DNA from: Thalia democratica | Taxonomy: Eukaryota | DNA length: 64,000 nucleotides | Assembly: GCA_965202585.1 (NCBI GenBank) | Contig: OZ241828.1 | Span: forward strand, 45,446,001 to 45,510,000 | Direction: 5' to 3' | Shown here: one piece after another, positions 21,895-36,800 of the stretch | Layout of the letters: each line of letters starts with the position of its first letter | How positions within the stretch are numbered: position 1 is the first letter of the stretch | Translations under genes and position numbers: made by a program | Notes under the pieces: generated by a model | The model's database searches: none | The model's input: the letters and a program-made list of their open reading frames with translations, nothing else | What the model was told of the DNA's origin: nothing

Positions 21895-24800
21895 TGTCGG
21901 AGGTGCCGATGTTAACGGTAAGGCCTACGCTGACGGTGAAACCGGATACGGCAAGGGCATGTACTACGGTCAACCATCCGGAATGATGTGGCCAGGAATG
22001 GACGGAAAGATCCACTCTGACGCTGACGTCAACGCTCTCACCGACGGAACCAAGATCATCTTCGGTGATGACAGCGACAAGGACGGCGAATACCCATACG
22101 GTACATTCAAGGCAACTGGTGACGCTAAGGCTGCTTCAGACGCCGAAGCCTACGCTCCATTCGATGTCCACGGTGACTTCAAGGGAGGAGATAACTACGG
22201 CAAGGACGGCAAGCAAGGTATGATTGTTGTCGGAGGTGCCGATGTTGACGGTAAGGCCTACGCTGACGGTGAAACCGGATACGGCAAGGGCATGTACTAC
22301 GGTCAACCATCCGGAATGATGTGGCCAGGAATGGACGGAAAGATCCACTCTGACGCTGACGTCAATGCTCTCACCGACGGAACCGAGATCATCTTCGGTG
22401 ATGACAGCGACAAGGACGGCGAATACCCATACGGTACATTCAAGGCAACTGGTGACGCTAAGGCTGCTTCAGACGCCGAAGCCTACGCTCCATTCGATGT
22501 CCACGGTGACTTCAAGGGAGGAGACTACTACGGCAAGGACGGCAAGCAAGGTATGATTGTTGTCGGAGGTGCCGATGTTGACGGTAAGGCCTACGCTGAC
22601 GGTGAAACCGGATACGGCAAGGGCATGTACTACGGTCAACCATCCGGAATGATGTGGCCAGGAATGGACGGAAAGATCCACTCTGACGCTGACGTCAACG
22701 CTCTCACCGACGGAACCAAGATCATCTTCGGTGATGACAGCGACAAGGACGGCTCATACCCATACGGTACATTCAAGGCAACTGGTGACGCTAAGGCTGC
22801 TTCAGACGCCGAAGCCTACGCTCCATTCGATGTCCACGGTGACTTTAAGGGAGGAGATAACTACGGCAAGGACGGCAAGCAAGGTATGATTGTTGTCGGA
22901 GGTGCCGATGTTGACGGTAAGGCCTACGCTGACGGTGAAACCGGATACGGCAAGGGCATGTACTACGGTCAACCATCCGGAATGATGTGGCCAGGAATGG
23001 ACGGAAAGATCCACTCTGACGCTGACGTCAACGCTCTCACCGACGGAACCAAGATCATCTTCGGTGATGACAGCGACAAGGACGGCTCATACCCATACGG
23101 TACATTCAAGGCAACTGGTGACGCTAAGGCTGCTTCAGACGCCGTAGCCTACGCTCCATTCGATGTCCACGGTGACTTCAAGGGAGGAGATAACTACGGC
23201 AAGGACGGCAAGCAAGGTATGATTGTTGTCGGAGGTGCCGATGTTGACGGTAAGGCCTACGCTGACGGTGAAACCGGATACGGCAAGGGCATGTACTACG
23301 GTCAACCATCCGGAATGATGTGGCCAGGAATGGACGGAAAGATCCACTCTGACGCTGACGTCAACGCTCTCACCGACGGAACCAAGATCATCTTCGGTGA
23401 TGACAGCGACAAGGACGGCTCATACCCATACGGTACATTCAAGGCAACTGGTGACGCTAAGGCTGCTTCAGACGCCGAAGCCTACGCTCCATTCGATGTC
23501 CACGGTGACTTCAAGGGAGGAGATAACTACGGCAAGGACGGCAAGCAAGGTATGATTGTTGTCGGAGGTGCCGATGTTGACGGTAAGGCCTACGCTGACG
23601 GTGAAACCGGATACGGCAAGGGCATGTACTACGGTCAACCATCCGGAATGATGTGGCCAGGAATGGACGGAAAGATCCACTCTGACGCTGACGTCAACGC
23701 TCTCACCGACGGAACCAAGATCATCTTCGGTGATGACAGCGACAAGGACGGCTCATACCCATACGGTACATTCAAGGCAACTGGTGACGCTAAGGCTGCT
23801 TCAGACGCCGAAGCCTACGCTCCATTCGATGTCCACGGTGACTTCAAGGGAGGAGATAACTACGGCAAGGACGGCAAGCAAGGTATGATTGTTGTCGGAG
23901 GTGCCGATGTTGACGGTAAGGCCTACGCTGACGGTGAAACCGGATACGGCAAGGGCATGTACTACGGTCAACCATCCGGAATGATGTGGCCAGGAATGGA
24001 CGGAAAGATCCACTCTGACGCTGACGTCAACGCTCTCACCGACGGAACCAAGATCATCTTCGGTGATGACAGCGACAAGGACGGCTCATACCCATACGGT
24101 ACATTCAAGGCAACTGGTGACGCTAAGGCTGCTTCAGACGCCGAAGCCTACGCTCCATTCGATGTCCACGGTGACTTCAAGGGAGGAGATAACTACGGCA
24201 AGGACGGCAAGCAAGGTATGATTGTTGTCGGAGGTGCCGATGTTGACGGTAAGGCCTACGCTGACGGTGAAACCGGATACGGCAAGGGCATGTACTACGG
24301 TCAACCATCCGGAATGATGTGGCCAGGAATGGACGGAAAGATCCACTCTGACGCTGACGTCAACGCTCTCACCGACGGAACCAAGATCATCTTCGGTGAT
24401 GACAGCGACAAGGACGGCGAATACCCATACGGTACATTCAAGGCAACTGGTGACGCTAAGGCTGCTTCAGACGCCGAAGCCTACGCTCCATTCGATGTCC
24501 ACGGTGACTTCAAGGGAGGAGATAACTACGGCAAGGACGGCAAGCAAGGTATGATTGTTGTCGGAGGTGCCGATGTTGACGGTAAGGCCTACGCTGACGG
24601 TGAAACCGGATACGGCAAGGGCATGTACTACGGTCAACCATCCGGAATGATGTGGCCAGGAATGGACGGAAAGATCCACTCTGACGCTGACGTCAACGCT
24701 CTCACCGACGGAACCAAGATCATCTTCGGTGATGACAGCGACAAGGACGGCGAATACCCATACGGTACATTCAAGGCAACTGGTGACGCTAAGGCTGCTT

Positions 24801-27800
24801 CAGACGCCGAAGCCTACGCTCCATTCGATGTCCACGGTGACTTCAAGGGAGGAGATAACTACGGCAAGGACGGCAAGCAAGGTATGATTGTTGTCGGAGG
24901 TGCCGATGTTGACGGTAAGGCCTACGCTGACGGTGAAACCGGATACGGCAAGGGCATGTACTACGGTCAACCATCCGGAATGATGTGGCCAGGAATGGAC
25001 GGAAAGATCCACTCTGACGCTGACGTCAACGCTCTCACCGACGGAACCAAGATCATCTTCGGTGATGACAGCGACAAGGACGGCGAATACCCATACGGTA
25101 CATTCAAGGCAACTGGTGACGCTAAGGCTGCTTCAGACGCCGAAGCCTACGCTCCATTCGATGTCCACGGTGACTTCAAGGGAGGAGATAACTACGGCAA
25201 GGACGGCAAGCAAGGTATGATTGTTGTCGGAGGTGCCGATGTTGACGGTAAGGCCTACGCTGACGGTGAAACCGGATACGGCAAGGGCATGTACTACGGT
25301 CAACCATCCGGAATGATGTGGCCAGGAATGGACGGAAAGATCCACTCTGACGCTGACGTCAACGTTCTCACCGACGGAACCAAGATCATCTTCGGTGATG
25401 ACAGCGACAAGGACGGCGAATACCCATACGGTACATTCAAGGCAACTGGTGACGCTAAGGCTGCTTCAGACGCCGAAGCCTACGCTCCATTCGATGTCCA
25501 CGGTGACTTCAAGGGAGGAGATAACTACGGCAAGTACGGCAAGCAAGGTATGATTGTTGTCGGAGGTGCCGATGTTGACGGTAAGGCCTACGCTGACGGT
25601 GAAACCGGATACGGTAAGGGCATGTACTACGGTCAACCATCCGGAATGATGTGGCCAGGAATGGACGGAAAGATCCACTCTGACGCTGACGTCAACGCTC
25701 TCACCGACGGAACCAAGATCATCTTCGGTGATGACAGCGACAAGGACGGCTCATACCCATACGGTACATTCAAGGCAACTGGTGACGCTAAGGCTGCTTC
25801 AGACGCCGAAGCCTACGCTCCATTCGATGTCCACGGTGACTTCAAGGGAGGAGATAACTACGGCAAGGACGGCAAGCAAGGTATGATTGTTGTCGGAGGT
25901 GCCGATGTTGACGGTAAGGCCTACGCTGACGGTGAAACCGGATACGGCAAGGGCATGTACTACGGTCAACCATCCGGAATGATGTGGCCAGGAATGGACG
26001 GAAAGATCCACTCTGACGCTGACGTCAACGCTCTCACCGACGGAACCAAGATCATCTTCGGTGATGACAGCGACAAGGACGGCTCATACCCATACGGTAC
26101 ATTCAAGGCAACTGGTGACGCTAAGGCTGCTTCAGACGCCGAAGCCTACGCTCCATTCGATGTCCACGGTGACTTCAAGGGAGGAGATAACTACGGCAAG
26201 GACGGCAAGCAAGGTATGATTGTTGTCGGAGGTGCCGATGTTGACGGTAAGGCCTACGCTGACGGTGAAACCGGATACGGCAAGGGCATGTACTACGGTC
26301 AACCATCCGGAATGATGTGGCCAGGAATGGACGGAAAGATCCACTCTGACGCTGACGTCAACGCTCTCACCGACGGAACCAAGATCATCTTCGGTGATGA
26401 CAGCGACAAGGACGGCTCATACCCATACGGTACATTCAAGGCAACTGGTGACGCTAAGGCTGCTTCAGACGCCGAAGCCTACGCTCCATTCGATGTCCAC
26501 GGTGACTTCAAGGGAGGAGACTACTACGGCAAGGACGGCAAGCAAGGTATGATTGTTGTCGGAGGTGCCGATGTTGACGGTAAGGCCTACGCTGACGGTG
26601 AAACCGGATACGGCAAGGGCATGTACTATGGTCAACCATCCGGAATGATGTGGCCAGGAATGGACGGAAAGATCCACTCTGACGCTGACGTCAACGCTCT
26701 CACCGACGGAACCAAGATCATCTTCGGTGATGACAGCGACAAGGACGGCTCATACCCATACGGTACATTCAAGGCAACTGGTGACGCTAAGGCTGCTTCA
26801 GACGCCGAAGCCTACGCTCCATTCGATGTCCACGGTGACTTCAAGGGAGGAGATAACTACGGCAAGGACGGCAAGCAAGGTATGATTGTTGTCGGAGGTG
26901 CCGATGTTGACGGTAAGGCCTACGCTGACGGTGAAACCGGATACGGCAAGGGCATGTACTACGGTCAACCATCCGGAATGATGTGGCCAGGAATGGACGG
27001 AAAGATCCACTCTGACGCTGACGTCAACGCTCTCACCGACGGAACCAAGATCATCTTCGGTGATGACAGCGACAAGGACGGCTCATACCCATACGGTACA
27101 TTCAAGGCAACTGGTGACGCTAAGGCTGCTTCAGACGCCGAAGCCTACGCTCCATTCGATGTCCACGGTGACTTCAAGGGAGGAGATAACTACGGCAAGG
27201 ACGGCAAGCAAGGTATGATTGTTGTCGGAGGTGCCGATGTTGACGGTAAGGCCTACGCTGACGGTGAAACCGGATACGGCAAGGGCATGTACTACGGTCA
27301 ACCATCCGGAATGATGTGGCCAGGAATGGACGGAAAGATCCACTCTGACGCTGACGTCAACGCTCTCACCGACGGAACTAAGATCATCTTCGGTGATGAC
27401 AGCGACAAGGACGGCTCATACCCATACGGTACATTCAAGGCAACTGGTGACGCTAAGGCTGCTTCAGACGCCGAAGCCTACGCTCCATTCGATGTCCACG
27501 GTGACTTCAAGGGAGGAGATAACTACGGCAAGGACGGCAAGCAAGGTATGATTGTTGTCGGAGGTGCCGATGTTGACGGTAAGGCCTACGCTGACGGTGA
27601 AACCGGATACGGCAAGGGCATGTACTACGGTCAACCATCCGGAATGATGTGGCCAGGAATGGACGGAAAGATCCACTCTGACGCTGACGTCAACGCTCTC
27701 ACCGACGGAACCAAGATCATCTTCGGTGATGACAGCGACAAGGACGGCGAATACCCATACGGTACATTCAAGGCAACTGGTGACGCTAAGGCTGCTTCAG

Positions 27801-30800
27801 ACGCCGAAGCCTACGCTCCATTCGATGTCCACGGTGACTTCAAGGGAGGAGATAACTACGGCAAGGACGGCAGGCAAGGTATGATTGTTGTCGGAGGTGC
27901 CGATGTTGACGGTAAGGCCTACGCTGACGGTGAAACCGGATACGGCAAGGGCATGTACTACGGTCAACCATCCGGAATGATGTGGCCAGGAATGGACGGA
28001 AAGATCCACTCTGACGCTGACGTCAACGCTCTCACCGACGGAACCAAGATCATCTTCGGTGATGACAGCGACAAGGACGGCTCATACCCATACGGTACAT
28101 TCAAGGCAACTGGTGACGCTAAGGCTGCTTCAGACGCCGAAGCCTACGCTCCATTCGATGTCCACGGTGACTTCAAGGGAGGAGATAACTACGGCAAGGA
28201 CGGCAAGCAAGGTATGATTGTTGTCGGAGGTGCCGATGTTGACGGTAAGGCCTACGCTGACGGTGAAACCGGATACGGCAAGGGCATGTACTACGGTCAA
28301 CCATCCGGAATGATGTGGCCAGGAATGGACGGAAAGATCCACTCTGACGCTGACGTCAACGCTCTCACCGACGGAACCAAGATCATATTCGGTGATGACA
28401 GCGACAAGGACGGCTCATACCCATACGGTACATTCAAGGCAACTGGTGACGCTAAGGCTGCTTCAGACGCCGAAGCCAACGCTCCATTCGATGTCCACGG
28501 TGACTTCAAGGGAGGAGATAACTACGGCAAGTACGGCAAGCAAGGTATGATTGTTGTCGGAGGTGCCGATGTTGACGGTAAGGCCTACGCTGACGGTGAA
28601 ACCGGATACGGCAAGGGCATGTACTACGGTCAACCATCCGGAATGATGTGGCCAGGAATGGACGGAAAGATCCACTCTGACGCTGACGTCAACGCTCTCA
28701 CCGACGGAACCAAGATCATCTTCGGTGATGACAGCGACAAGGACGGCTCATACCCATACGGTACATTCAAGGCAACTGGTGACGCTAAGGCTGCTTCAGA
28801 CGCCGAAGCCTACGCTCCATTCGATGTCCACGGTGACTTCAAGGGAGGAGATAACTACGGCAAGGACGGCAAGCAAGGTATGATTGTTGTCGGAGGTGCC
28901 GATGTTGACGGTAAGGCCTACGCTGACGGTGAAACCGGATACGGCAAGGGCATGTACTACGGTCAACCATCCGGAATGATGTGGCCAGGAATGGACGGAA
29001 AGATCCACTCTGACGCTGACGTCAACGCTCTCACCGACGGAACCAAGATCATCTTCGGTGATGACAGCGACAAGGACGGCTCATACCCATACGGTACATT
29101 CAAGGCAACTGGTGACGCTAAGGCTGCTTCAGACGCCGAAGCCTACGCTCCATTCGATGTCCACGGTGACTTCAAGGGAGGAGATAACTACGGCAAGGAC
29201 GGCAAGCAAGGTATGATTGTTGTCGGAGGTGCCGATGTTGACGGTAAGGCCTACGCTGACGGTGAAACCGGATACGGCAAGGGCATGTACTACGGTCAAC
29301 CATCCGGAATGATGTGGCCAGGAATGGACGGAAAGATCCACTCTGACGCTGACGTCAACGCTCTCACCGACGGAACCAAGATCATCTTCGGTGATGACAG
29401 CGACAAGGACGGCTCATACCCATACGGTACATTCAAGGCAACTGGTGACGCTAAGGCTGCTTCAGACGCCGAAGCCTACGCTCCATTCGATGTCCACGGT
29501 GACTTCAAGGGAGGAGATAACTACGGCAAGGACGGCAAGCAAGGTATGATTGTTGTCGGAGGTGCCGATGTTGACGGTAAGGCTTACGCTGACGGTGAAA
29601 CCGGATACGGCAAGGGCATGTACTACGGTCAACCATCCGGAATGATGTGGCCAGGAATGGACGGAAAGATCCACTCTGACGCTGACGTCAACGCTCTCAC
29701 CGACGGAACCAAGATCATCTTCGGTGATGACAGCGACAAGGACGGCTCATACCCATACGGTACATTCAAGGCAACTGGTGACGCTAAGGCTGCTTCAGAC
29801 GCCGAAGCCTACGCTCCATTCGATGTCCACGGTGACTTCAAGGGAGGAGATAACTACGGCAAGGACGGCAAGCAAGGTATGATTGTTGTCGGAGGTGCCG
29901 ATGTTGTCGGTAAGGCCTACGCTGACGGTGAAACCGGATACGGCAAGGGCATGTACTACGGTCAACCATCCGGAATGATGTGGCCAGGAATGGACGGAAA
30001 GATCCACTCTGACGCTGACGTCAACGCTCTCACCGACGGAACCAAGATCATCTTCGGTGATGACAGCGACAAGGACGGCTCATACCCATACGGTACATTC
30101 AAGGCAACTGGTGACGCTAAGGCTGCTTCAGACGCCGAAGCCTACGCTCCATTCGATGTCCACGGTGACTTCAAGGGAGGAGATAACTACGGCAAGGACG
30201 GCAAGCAAGGTATGATTGTTGTCGGAGGTGCCGATGTTGACGGTAAGGCCTACGCTGACGGTGAAACCGGATACGGCAAGGGCATGTACTACGGTCAACC
30301 ATCCGGAATGATGTGGCCAGGAATGGACGGAAAGATCCACTCTGACGCTGACGTCAACGCTCTCACCGACGGAACCAAGATCATCTTCGGTGATGACAGC
30401 GACAAGGACGGCTCATACCCATACGGTACATTCGAGGCAACTGGTGACGCTAAGGCTACTTCAGACGCCGAAGCCTACGCTCCATTCGATGTCCACGGTG
30501 ACTTCAAGGGAGGAGATAACTACGGCAAGGACGGCAAGCAAGGTATGATTGTTGTCGGAGGTGCCGATGTTGACGGTAAGGCCTACGCTGACGGTGAAAC
30601 CGGATACGGCAAGGGCATGTACTACGGTCAACCATCCGGAATGATGTGGCCAGGAATGGACGGAAAGATCCACTCTGACGCTGACGTCAACGCTCTCACC
30701 GACGGAACCAAGATCATCTTCGGTGATGACAGCGACAAGGACGGCTCATACCCATACGGTACATTCAAGGCAACTGGTGACGCTAAGGCTGCTTCAGACG

Positions 30801-33800
30801 CCGAAGCCTACGCTCCATTCGATGTCCACGGTGACTTCAAGGGAGGAGATAACTACGGCAAGGACGGCAAGCAAGGTATGATTGTTGTCGGAGGTGCCGA
30901 TGTTGACGGTAAGGCCTACGCTGACGGTGAAACCGGAAACGGCAAGGGCATGTACTACGGTCAACAATCCGGAATGATGTGGCCAGGAATGGACGGAAAG
31001 ATCCACTCTGACGCTGACGTCAACGCTCTCACCGACGGAACCAAGATCATCTTCGGTGATGACAGCGACAAGGACGGCTCATACCCATACGGTACATTCA
31101 AGGCAACTGGTGACGCTAAGGCTGCTTCAGACGCCGAAGCCTACGCTCCATTCGATGTCCACGGTGACTTCAAGGGAGGAGATAACTACGGCAAGGACGG
31201 CAAGCAAGGTATGATTGTTGTCGGAGGTGCCGATGTTGACGGTAAGGCCTACGCTGACGGTGAAACCGGATACGGCAAGGGCATGTACTACGGTCAACCA
31301 TCCGGAATGATGTGGCCAGGAATGGACGGAAAGATCCACTCTGACGCTGACGTCAACGCTCTCACCGACGGAACCAAGATCATCTTCGGTGATGACAGCG
31401 ACAAGGACAGCGAATACCCATACGGTACATTCAAGGCAACTGGTGACGCTAAGGCTGCTTCAGACGCCGAAGCCTACGCTCCATTCGATGTCCACGGTGA
31501 CTTCAAGGGAGGAGATAACTACGGCAAGGACGGCAAGCAAGGTATGATTGTTGTCGGAGGTGCCGATGTTGACGGTAAGGCCTACGCTGACGGTGAAACC
31601 GGATACGGCAAGGGCATGTACTACGGTCAACCATCCGGAATGATGTGGCCAGGAATGGACGGAAAGATCCACTCTGACGCTGACGTCAACGCTCTCACCG
31701 ACGGAACCAAGATCATCTTCGGTGATGACAGCGACAAGGACGGCTCATACCCATACGGTACATTCAAGGCAACTGGTGACGCTAAGGCTGCTTCAGACGC
31801 CGAAGCCTACGCTCCATTCGATGTCCACGGTGACTTCAAGGGAGGAGATAACTACGGCAAGGACGGCAAGCAAGGTATGATTGTTGTCGGAGGTGCCGAT
31901 GTTGACGGTAAGGCCTACGCTGACGGTGAAACCGGATACGGCAAGGGCATGTACTACGGTCAACCATCCGGAATGATGTGGCCAGGAATGGACGGAAAGA
32001 TCCACTCTGACGCTGACGTCAACGCTCTCACCGACGGAACCAAGATCATCTTCGGTGATGACAGCGACAAGGACGGCTCATACCCATACGGTACATTCAA
32101 GGCAACTGGTGACGCTAAGGCTGCTTCAGACGCCGAAGCCTACGCTCCATTCGATGTCCACGGTGACTTCAAGGGAGGAGATAACTACGGCAAGGACGGC
32201 AAGCAAGGTATGATTGTTGTCGGAGGTGCCGATGTTGACGGTAAGGCTTACGCTGACGGTGAAACCGGATACGGCAAGGGCATGTACTACGGTCAACCAT
32301 CCGGAATGATGTGGCCAGGAATGGACGGAAAGATCCACTCTGACGCTGACGTCAACGCTCTCACCGACGGAACCAAGATCATCTTCGGTGATGACAGCGA
32401 CAAGGACGGCTCATACCCATACGGTACATTCAAGGCAACTGGTGACGCTAAGGCTGCTTCAGACGCCGAAGCCTACGCTCCATTCGATGTCCACGGTGAC
32501 TTCAAGGGAGGAGATAACTACGGCAAGGACGGCAAGCAAGGTATGATTGTTGTCGGAGGTGCCGATGTTGTCGGTAAGGCCTACGCTGACGGTGAAACCG
32601 GATACGGCAAGGGCATGTACTACGGTCAACCATCCGGAATGATGTGGCCAGGAATGGACGGAAAGATCCACTCTGACGCTGACGTCAACGCTCTCACCGA
32701 CGGAACCAAGATCATCTTCGGTGATGACAGCGACAAGGACGGCTCATACCCATACGGTACATTCAAGGCAACTGGTGACGCTAAGGCTGCTTCAGACGCC
32801 GAAGCCTACGCTCCATTCGATGTCCACGGTGACTTCAAGGGAGGAGATAACTACGGCAAGGACGGCAAGCAAGGTATGATTGTTGTCGGAGGTGCCGATG
32901 TTGACGGTAAGGCCTACGCTGACGGTGAAACCGGATACGGCAAGGGCATGTACTACGGTCAACCATCCGGAATGATGTGGCCAGGAATGGACGGAAAGAT
33001 CCACTCTGACGCTGACGTCAACGCTCTCACCGACGGAACCAAGATCATCTTCGGTGATGACAGCGACAAGGACGGCTCATACCCATACGGTACATTCGAG
33101 GCAACTGGTGACGCTAAGGCTACTTCAGACGCCGAAGCCTACGCTCCATTCGATGTCCACGGTGACTTCAAGGGAGGAGATAACTACGGCAAGGACGGCA
33201 AGCAAGGTATGATTGTTGTCGGAGGTGCCGATGTTGACGGTAAGGCCTACGCTGACGGTGAAACCGGATACGGCAAGGGCATGTACTACGGTCAACCATC
33301 CGGAATGATGTGGCCAGGAATGGACGGAAAGATCCACTCTGACGCTGACGTCAACGCTCTCACCGACGGAACCAAGATCATCTTCGGTGATGACAGCGAC
33401 AAGGACGGCTCATACCCATACGGTACATTCAAGGCAACTGGTGACGCTAAGGCTGCTTCAGACGCCGAAGCCTACGCTCCATTCGATGTCCACGGTGACT
33501 TCAAGGGAGGAGATAACTACGGCAAGGACGGCAAGCAAGGTATGATTGTTGTCGGAGGTGCCGATGTTGACGGTAAGGCCTACGCTGACGGTGAAACCGG
33601 AAACGGCAAGGGCATGTACTACGGTCAACAATCCGGAATGATGTGGCCAGGAATGGACGGAAAGATCCACTCTGACGCTGACGTCAACGCTCTCACCGAC
33701 GGAACCAAGATCATCTTCGGTGATGACAGCGACAAGGACGGCTCATACCCATACGGTACATTCAAGGCAACTGGTGACGCTAAGGCTGCTTCAGACGCCG

Positions 33801-36800
33801 AAGCCTACGCTCCATTCGATGTCCACGGTGACTTCAAGGGAGGAGATAACTACGGCAAGGACGGCAAGCAAGGTATGATTGTTGTCGGAGGTGCCGATGT
33901 TGACGGTAAGGCCTACGCTGACGGTGAAACCGGATACGGCAAGGGCATGTACTACGGTCAACCATCCGGAATGATGTGGCCAGGAATGGACGGAAAGATC
34001 CACTCTGACGCTGACGTCAACGCTCTCACCGACGGAACCAAGATCATCTTCGGTGATGACAGCGACAAGGACAGCGAATACCCATACGGTACATTCAAGG
34101 CAACTGGTGACGCTAAGGCTGCTTCAGACGCCGAAGCCTACGCTCCATTCGATGTCCACGGTGACTTCAAGGGAGGAGATATTTACGGCAAGGACGGCAA
34201 GCAAGGTATGATTGTTGTCGGAGGTGCCGATGTTGACGGTAAGGCCTACGCTGACGGTGAAACCGGATACGGCAAGGGCATGTACTACGGTCAACCATCC
34301 GGAATGATGTGGCCAGGAATGGACGGAAAGATCCACTCTGACGCTGACGTCAACGCTCTCACCGACGGAACCAAGATCATCTTCGGTGATGACAGCGACA
34401 AGGACGGCTCATACCCATACGGTACATTCAAGGCAACTGGTGACGCTAAGGCTGCTTCAGACGCCGAAGCCTACGCTCCATTCGATGTCCACGGTGACTT
34501 CAAGGGAGGAGATAACTACGGCAAGGACGGCAAGCAAGGTATGATTGTTGTCGGAGGTGCCGATGTTGACGGTAAGGCCTACGCTGACGGTGAAACCGGA
34601 TACGGCAAGGGCATGTACTACGCTCAACCATCCGGAATGATGTGGCCAGGAATGGACGGAAAGATCCACTCTGACGCTGACGTCAACGCTCTCACCGACG
34701 GAACCAAGATCATCTTCGGTGATGACGGCGACAAGGACGGCTCATACCCATACGGTACATTCAAGGCAACTGGTGACGCTAAGGCTGCTTCAGACGCCGA
34801 AGCCTACGCTCCATTCGATGTCCACGGTGACTTCAAGGGAGGAGATAACTACGGCAAGGACGGCAAGCAAGGTATGATTGTTGTCGGAGGTGCCGATGTT
34901 GACGGTAAGGCCTACGCTGACGGTGAAACCGGATACGGCAAGGGCATGTACTACGGTCAACCATCCGGAATGATGTGGCCAGGAATGGACGGAAAGATCC
35001 ACTCTGACGCTGACGTCAACGCTCTCACCGACGGAACCAAGATCATCTTCGGTGATGACAGCGACAAGGACGGCTCATACCCATACGGTACATTCAAGGC
35101 AACTGGTGACGCTAAGGCTGCTTCAGACGCCGAAGCCTACGCTCCATTCGATGTCCACGGTGACTTCAAGGGAGGAGATAACTACGGCAAGGACGGCAAG
35201 CAAGGTATGATTGTTGTCGGAGGTGCCGATGTTGACGGTAAGGCCTACGCTGACGGTGAAACCGGATACGGCAAGGGCATGTACTACGGTCAACCATCCG
35301 GAATGATGTGGCCAGGAATGGACGGAAAGATCCACTCTGACGCTGACGTCAACGCTCTCACCGACGGAACCAAGATCATCTTCGGTGATGACAGCGACAA
35401 GGACGGCGAATACCCATACGGTACATTCAAGGCAACTGGTGACGCTAAGGCTGCTTCAGACGCCGAAGCCTACGCTCCATTCGATGTCCACGGTGACTTC
35501 AAGGGAGGAGATAACTACGGCAAGGACGGCAAGCAAGGTATGATTGTTGTCGGAGGTGCCGATGTTGACGGTAAGGCCTACGCTGACGGTGAAACCGGAT
35601 ACGGCAAGGGCATGTACTACGGTCAACCATCCGGAATGATGTGGCCAGGAATGGACGGAAAGATCCACTCTGACGCTGACGTCAACGCTCTCACCGACGG
35701 AACCAAGATCATCTTCGGTGATGACAGCGACAAGGACGGCTCATACCCATACGGTACATTCAAGGCAACTGGTGACGCTAAGGCTGCTTCAGACGCCGAA
35801 GCCTACGCTCCATTCAATGTCCACGGTGACTTCAAGGGAGGAGATAACTACGGCAAGGACGGCAAGCAAGGTATGATTGTTGTCGGAGGTGCCGATGTTG
35901 ACGGTAAGGCCTACGCTGACGGTGAAACCGGATACGGCAAGGGCATGTACTACGGTCAACCATCCGGAATGATGTGGCCAGGAATGGACGGAAAGATCCA
36001 CTCTGACGCTGACGTCAACGCTCTCACCGACGGAACCAAGATCATCTTCGGTGATGACAGCGACAAGGACGGCTCATACCCATACGGTACATTCAAGGCA
36101 ACTGGTGACGCTAAGGCTGCTTCAGACGCCGAAGCCTACGCTCCATTCGATGTCCACGGTGACTTCAAGGGAGGAGATAACTACGGCAAGGACGGCAAGC
36201 AAGGTATGATTGTTGTCGGAGGTGCCGATGTTGACGGTAAGGCCTACGCTGACGGTGAAACCGGATACGGCAAGGGCATGTACTACGGTCAACCATCCGG
36301 AATGATGTGGCCAGGAATGGACGGAAAGATCCACTCTGACGCTGACGTCAACGCTCTCACCGACGGAACCAAGATCATCTTCGGTGATGACAGCGACAAG
36401 GACAGCTCATACCCATACGGTACATTCAAGGCAACTGGTGACGCTAAGGCTGCTTCAGACGCCGAAGCCTACGCTCCATTCGATGTCCACGGTGACTTCA
36501 AGGGAGGAGATAACTACGGCAAGGACGGCAAGCAAGGTATGATTGTTGTCGGAGGTGCCGATGTTGACGGTAAGGCCTACGCTGACGGTGAAACCGGATA
36601 CGGCAAGGGCATGTACTACGGTCAACCATCCGGAATGATGTGGCCAGGAATGGACGGAAAGATCCACTCTGACGCTGACGTCAACGCTCTCACCGACGGA
36701 ACCAAGATCATCTTCGGTGATGACAGCGACAAGGACGGCTCATACCCATACGGTACATTCAAGGCAACTGGTGACGCTAAGGCTGCTTCAGACGCCGAAG

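Noticed and set aside
104-22556. Plus-strand 63-82-aa alternate-frame ORFs (MPTSTLSP...)
   Set aside because: Out-of-frame shadows whose ATG depends on the synonymous gat/gac polymorphism; they vanish in B-type units.
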